Shown here piece after piece: positions 36,166-39,324 of a stretch of 39,324 bases of DNA. The position numbers and the translations under genes were made by a program. The DNA comes from Octopus bimaculoides (taxonomy: Eukaryota). The stretch spans positions 47,030,290 to 47,069,613 of the forward strand of contig NC_068999.1 of the NCBI RefSeq assembly GCF_001194135.2, written 5' to 3'. The notes under the pieces were generated by a model. That model was not told the DNA's origin and ran no database searches. It was given only the letters and a program-made list of their open reading frames with translations. The first letter of the stretch is position 1. Every line of letters starts with the position of its first letter.

Positions 36166-36554
36166 TCAATCAGGTGATATTTGGGTGTGGGGGTTGCTCA
36201 ACATCATCATCATCATCGTTTAACGTCCGCTTTCCATGCTGGCATGGGTTGGACAGCTTGACTGAGGACTGGCAAGCCGGGAGGCTGTGCCAGGCTCCAA
36301 TCTGTTCTGGCGAGGTTTCTACAGCTGGATGCCTTTCCTAATGCCAACCACTCCAAGAGTGTAGTGGATGCTTTTTTACGTGCCATTGGCACAGGGGCCA
36401 GTCAGGCACCATTGGCATTGGCCATGCTTGAGTGGGGATTTTTACGTACCACCGGCACAAGAGCCAGTCAGGTGGCACTGGCATCGGCCACGACGACTTC
36501 ACTTGACTTAACATAAGAAGGACATAAGAAGCATCAGTTTCTGCAATGACCACC

Positions 36555-36660
36555 AGGTAATGACCCTGTCAAAGGCTTTCTCCATGTCAACGAAAGCCAA
36601 GTATAGAGGTTTATCTTTGGGATGTTTGAAACTTTGCTTTGCAAACCCCCACTTCTTAAC
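36555..36660 (-). mobile_element. RTE LINE RT fragment
   Basis: Minus strand encodes PLYLAFVDMEKAFDRV, the same family as the 38.5 kb fragment. Confidence 0.8.
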
Positions 36661-36710
36661 TTCTTTCCTGGTAAGATAAATATTAGAAGAGGAGAAAATA
36701 AGTTACATAC

Positions 36711-36833
36711 TGAGGCAAATGTGGTGATATATTTGAGATTCTGGTCGTAACTTTGATTTTGTTTCCCATGAGTTCGACGTGAAAACCAAAGTGAATAATT
36801 GAACTGCAATTGATGTTCACCAGGACCAGGTTT
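36711..36833 (-). CDS. EIF4E2: EIF4E2 (4EHP, class II eIF4E) internal coding exon; upstream exons not found in window
   Basis: Acceptor atttcag|; KPGPGEHQLQFNYSLWFSRRTHGKQNQSYDQNLKYITTFAS; Tyr at both the W43- and W56-equivalent positions is the class II signature; donor GTATGT; 123 nt. Confidence 0.95.
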
Positions 36834-37707
36834 CTGAAATGATTTAAAAACGTGTTAATAATAATTTTAAAAAGCGTTAGTTCAAGATTATAAAAATGGT
36901 GGAGTGGGAGGTGTGGCTATGTGATAGGAAGCTAGCTTCCCAACCACATGGTTCTAGGTTCAGTCCCACTGCATGGCACCTCGGGCAAGTGTCTTCTGCT
37001 ATAACCCCAGACCAAAGCCTTGTGAGTGCATTTGGTAGACAGAAACTGAAAGAAATCTGTCGCTTGCATGTGTGTGTATGTATGCGTGTACACATGTGAG
37101 AGCATGTACATGTGTGTAAACCGTCCAACCCATGCCAGCAGGGAAAGTGGACATTAAACGACGATGATGTACATGTTTGCATGTGTGTCCTTGACTTCAT
37201 GTGATAGTTGTAAATGTGTATCACTGTTATACAAGCAGTGTCATTTATTTCTTTTATTCCGCAAGAACATGTCTGGCCATGGGGAAATATTATCTTGCTT
37301 GGAAATATGTGAGAGTTGGCAACAGGAAGGGCATCCAGCTGTAGGAAATCTATAGCCATTTAATCAGGTGATATTCTGCCAAATATTTTGGCAAAAACAC
37401 ATACATAAATATGTATGTATATTGAAGTAGACGACAAAGAACCAAGATATATGGTGCCTTGTTGTTCTCAAGACCCATCCTTCGCAGCAGAAGGGTAAAT
37501 GCCCCACCCACTTCATGAAGAAGATTGGCCTGCAAGAACCCTATGCTAGTGCCACTAGAAAAGCACCCAGCCCACTCTGTAAAGTGGTTGGTGTTAGGAA
37601 GGGCATCCAGCTGTAGAAATCGTGCCAAATGAGACATTAGGGCATGATTGCTTTGAGACTTCGATGATGTGATTGTTTATTTTCAGACTGACGCTGTAGG
37701 TGTCAAG

Positions 37708-38036
37708 CAGTGGTTCTCAACCGGGGTCCACATAAATTTTTGGGGGTCCATGCAACATAATAGTAAATTGAGGATCCACAATAACATTTTAAGGGCCTCT
37801 GAAAAAAGATTTTGCTTTTGATGTATGTAGTAGTATGTATTGCAAGAAACAACTAAGTTTCTTTCTCAACCATTTTACATGGTTCAACCTACACAAGTTA
37901 ATGAATGAAAAACAAAATAGGAATTTCAAAAGACATTTCTATAAAACTAGTTTTTAAACATTGAATAGCTATGTGGGGTCCACCAGAATAAAACAATCAA
38001 TGGGGTCCATGAATAAAGAGTGGTTGAGAACCCCTG
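37708..38036. mobile_element. Second copy of the hAT MITE, inverted relative to 27227-27560 and nested in a piggyBac-type MITE
   Basis: TIRs CAGTGGTTCTCAACC and CAGGGGTTCTCAACC; degenerate TSD GTGTCAAG / GTGTAGAG; interior homologous to the 27.2 kb copy. Confidence 0.85.
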
Positions 38037-38464
38037 GTGTAGAGGATCAGAGCTAGTCAGTTTGAACATTAAACAGTAAAATATTTGGGCCAGATATTGC
38101 CAGTTTAAAATGCTAACGAGTTCAACAATTCCTATGTAGACACAGATTGAAAATGAAACTGGACTCTCACACATTTCTTCTCTTTACAAAACGTTTAAAA
38201 AAAAATAGTAACATAAATTATCATTAAATCTCATTTTATCTATCACTAAAAGCAAAACAAATGAAATCTAAATTCAATTGTTTATTGTTACAATATTGAT
38301 AATTAAAAATAGTAATTACAGCCAATAAAACTGAAAGCAATTATCAAACAATGACAGAGATAAGAAAAATTTTCAACAGCAACCAAATCATAACACTCAA
38401 CTCCTATATCTAAGAGTTCAGGGAAGGGTTGGGGAGATACTGTAGCAGCATTAGAGTCAATTCC

Positions 38465-38897
38465 TACAAGGATAAATAATGAGATGACTTAGAAGTAATT
38501 ACAGGAGTATCAAATTGCTGGACCTGGTCGTGAAAGTCACTGAAAGAGTTATGGCTTAATTAATTAGGAAGAAAGTTAGCCTAGATGAGATGCAGTTTGA
38601 ATTTTTTGTGCCAGAGAGAAATACTACTGATGGCCCGCTTTCTAGCAAGGCAAAATTAAACCACTGTACTTGGCATTTGTTGACATAGAGAAAGCCTTTG
38701 ACAGGATCCCTTACTCTCTGATCTGGTGGTCACTGTGGAAGTCAGAGATAGATGAATGGCTGGTGATAGCCATACAATCCATGTACAGAGGAACTGTCAG
38801 TAAGGTGAAAATTAGCAATGAGTACAACAATGGATTTGCAAGGGCTCAGTTCTCAGTCCCTTCTTATTTATCAGTTCTCCAGGCCATAACAGAGGAA
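38465..38897 (+). mobile_element. Decayed RTE-clade LINE reverse transcriptase fragment
   Basis: NYRSIKLLDLVVKVTERVMA*LIRKKVSLDEMQF..., AFVDIEKAFDRIPYSLIWWSL...IDEWLVIAIQSMYRG, and (Q)GSVLSPFLF..VLQAITEE, with stops and frameshifts. Confidence 0.9.
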
Positions 38898-39276
38898 ACC
38901 AGAAACCAGCTGAATAATAAAGTTATCTTACTAAATCTTTCATTATTTCAAAAATTAATTGAAACAAAAGCAGTATATGTCAACAAGAGAGTTGAAATAA
39001 AACATAGTCTTCTAAAGAAAGAAAGAGATAGATAGATAGATAGACATTAGTTAATGTCATGAGAATTTTATAAACTTTACAGAAAACATGAAAATTCTTT
39101 TTTGGAATAGTGTATCTCGAAGCACACACATAATAAAGCTATAAATAACAGCATGTAAATATTGGGTTGAAGACCCCATATGGGTATCAAAAAGGTTTTG
39201 CAACCCAATAGCTATATGCTATTATTTATAGATTTATGTGTGTGCTTCAAGATATACTATATCACAAAGAGGAATT

Positions 39277-39324
<48 letters not shown>

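Noticed and set aside
38670-39035. 121-aa ORF as a cellular gene or as the missing EIF4E2 5' exon
   Set aside because: It is a LINE RT fragment on the opposite strand fused to a MITE remnant.

Overview
AT-rich, microsatellite-dense eukaryotic genomic scaffold with eight N gaps (855-1060, 1687-1758, 4656-5356, 7196-7836, 10121-10788, 17219-17416, 19235-19244, 27574-27840). The repeat landscape (tRNA-headed SINEs, RTE LINE remnants, Tc1/mariner, hAT- and piggyBac-type MITEs) suggests an octopus genome; this is my inference, not a database result. I assembled two intron-containing minus-strand genes by hand from GT-AG sites, reading phase and protein similarity. The first is a complete MED4 (six confident coding exons, 25035 to 17523, 264 aa, plus one candidate 48-nt cassette exon). 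The second is the 3' five coding exons of EIF4E2/4EHP (36833 to 30136; its 5' exons were not found and probably lie beyond the right edge). The left ~17 kb has no recognisable protein-coding gene. It is mostly repeats, with two CpG-rich promoter-like patches and some unassigned exon-like segments. Nearly all ORFs in the supplied track are microsatellite, gap or repeat artefacts. No CRISPR array, rRNA or true tRNA gene was found. I found no clearly novel multi-component system. The best leads are possible alternative 3' exons of EIF4E2 toward MED4, a long hairpin in MED4 intron 1, inverted retroelement pairs flanking two EIF4E2 exons, and an apparent CpG-decay boundary near 17 kb.
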